From assembly GCF_000400465.1 (NCBI RefSeq), contig NW_008806274.1:90244-122243 (forward strand): a DNA stretch of 32,000 bases, read 5' to 3'. The notes beneath the pieces were generated by a model that was not told where the DNA came from, ran no database searches, and saw only the letters and a program-made list of their open reading frames with translations. Shown here piece by piece: positions 31,177 through 32,000 of the stretch (position 1 is the stretch's first letter; the number at the start of each line of letters is the position of its first letter). The translations under genes were made by a program, and so were the position numbers. This DNA is from Wallemia ichthyophaga EXF-994 (lineage: Eukaryota; Fungi; Basidiomycota).

Positions 31177-31247
31177 CGTCTGTCAATCGCATTCTTTATT
31201 TATGTACAGTTAATTCAATCATTCATAATAAACGTAATAGTCATAAC

Positions 31248-32000
31248 CTAAACTCTACCGCTTTGGATAAGATCTTGGACGAGTTTGGGGAGATCAGCGT
31301 AGAAGTCTTTTGTTCCTCTCTGAGGCTTCCAGCCGAGCGAACGAGCTCTAGTTGCACGACCTCTGCAATTACTACCAAAGTACCACAAAGCATCAAAACG
31401 ATCAAAGTCTGCGCTACTGAAAGACTCTACATTCGCAGAAGAGATGCGACCGTGCTTCGAGAGTGCGTTTGCCATCACGCCAACAGCCTCCGAATAGTAG
31501 TAGTGATCAGTAACACCGAAAAAGTACGATCCGCTCTTATCCGATGAGATCTTCCCCTCAATTGCATTTCTCAGTATGAGCTGGAACAGATCGACAACTA
31601 AACCTGTCAGCGAGGTCACATCATACCTAGTTCCAACTTACGCTCGTATATATGTACATTGGGCCAGATATTCTTTCCATCTCCAACAACTTTTGCTTGC
31701 TTCAACTCAACAAAAATCGCAGCGAGAGATGGCATCTGCACAGAGAAGCAATTGCTTATCCCAGCTTTATAGAGGGCATGGTCGACTGCTTGGCCCCACA
31801 CAGTCGAAGGATAGACTATATGTAGCTGCATTTTATCGCTGTGCTCGAGGAGAAACTCATCCACATCGCGATGGACTTGAGAGGTGGGGAGAGTGTTGAT
31901 ATGTTGAGAGTCGCTGTCGTCGTACGTGGTATGCTGGTCGTGGAGTCCGCGTGCATCGTCGACGAGTGCACCCGTACCAGATACGTGTATATAGATAGCG
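31248..32000 (-). CDS. 3' part of an NAD(P)-binding Rossmann-fold (epimerase/NmrA-like SDR) protein; start lies beyond the window
   Basis: YIHVSGTGALVDDARG...LPTSQVHRDVDEF...IVYPSTVWG...VGDGKNIWPNVHIYE|...YFGSNCRGRATRARSLGWKP; one intron near 31621-31660. Confidence 0.8.

Overview
Eukaryotic, fungal DNA: a very compact basidiomycete-type genome with many short GT-AG introns (most about 44-80 nt, CTRAY branch points) and intergenic gaps often under 100 bp. The style is consistent with Wallemia, but the taxon is an inference only. About 21 genes are visible. Housekeeping genes: MTO1/GidA, ERG24, DUT1, an ACL4-like TPR chaperone, a DUF4112 protein, a Dpb11/Rad4-like BRCT protein, HSP20, the complex I 49 kDa subunit, SWP73/BAF60 and SWD2/WDR82. 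More unusual items: (i) a secreted precursor with seven KR sites and a duplicated peptide QIPIVSDLAGGAS, next to a highly acidic secreted Q/E-rich protein; (ii) two tandem NoxR/p67phox paralogues, the second lacking the canonical Rac-binding residues; (iii) two tandem dienelactone-hydrolase genes; (iv) a membrane-anchored P-loop protein with degenerate Walker motifs; (v) a 24.7-26.8 kb island the ORF track does not explain, where manual splicing reveals a 48-aa RanBP2-type zinc-finger microprotein and a probable small secreted protein with a 4-nt microexon. No rRNA, tRNA, CRISPR array or recognisable transposon was found. All exon structures were deduced by eye, without alignments or RNA data.
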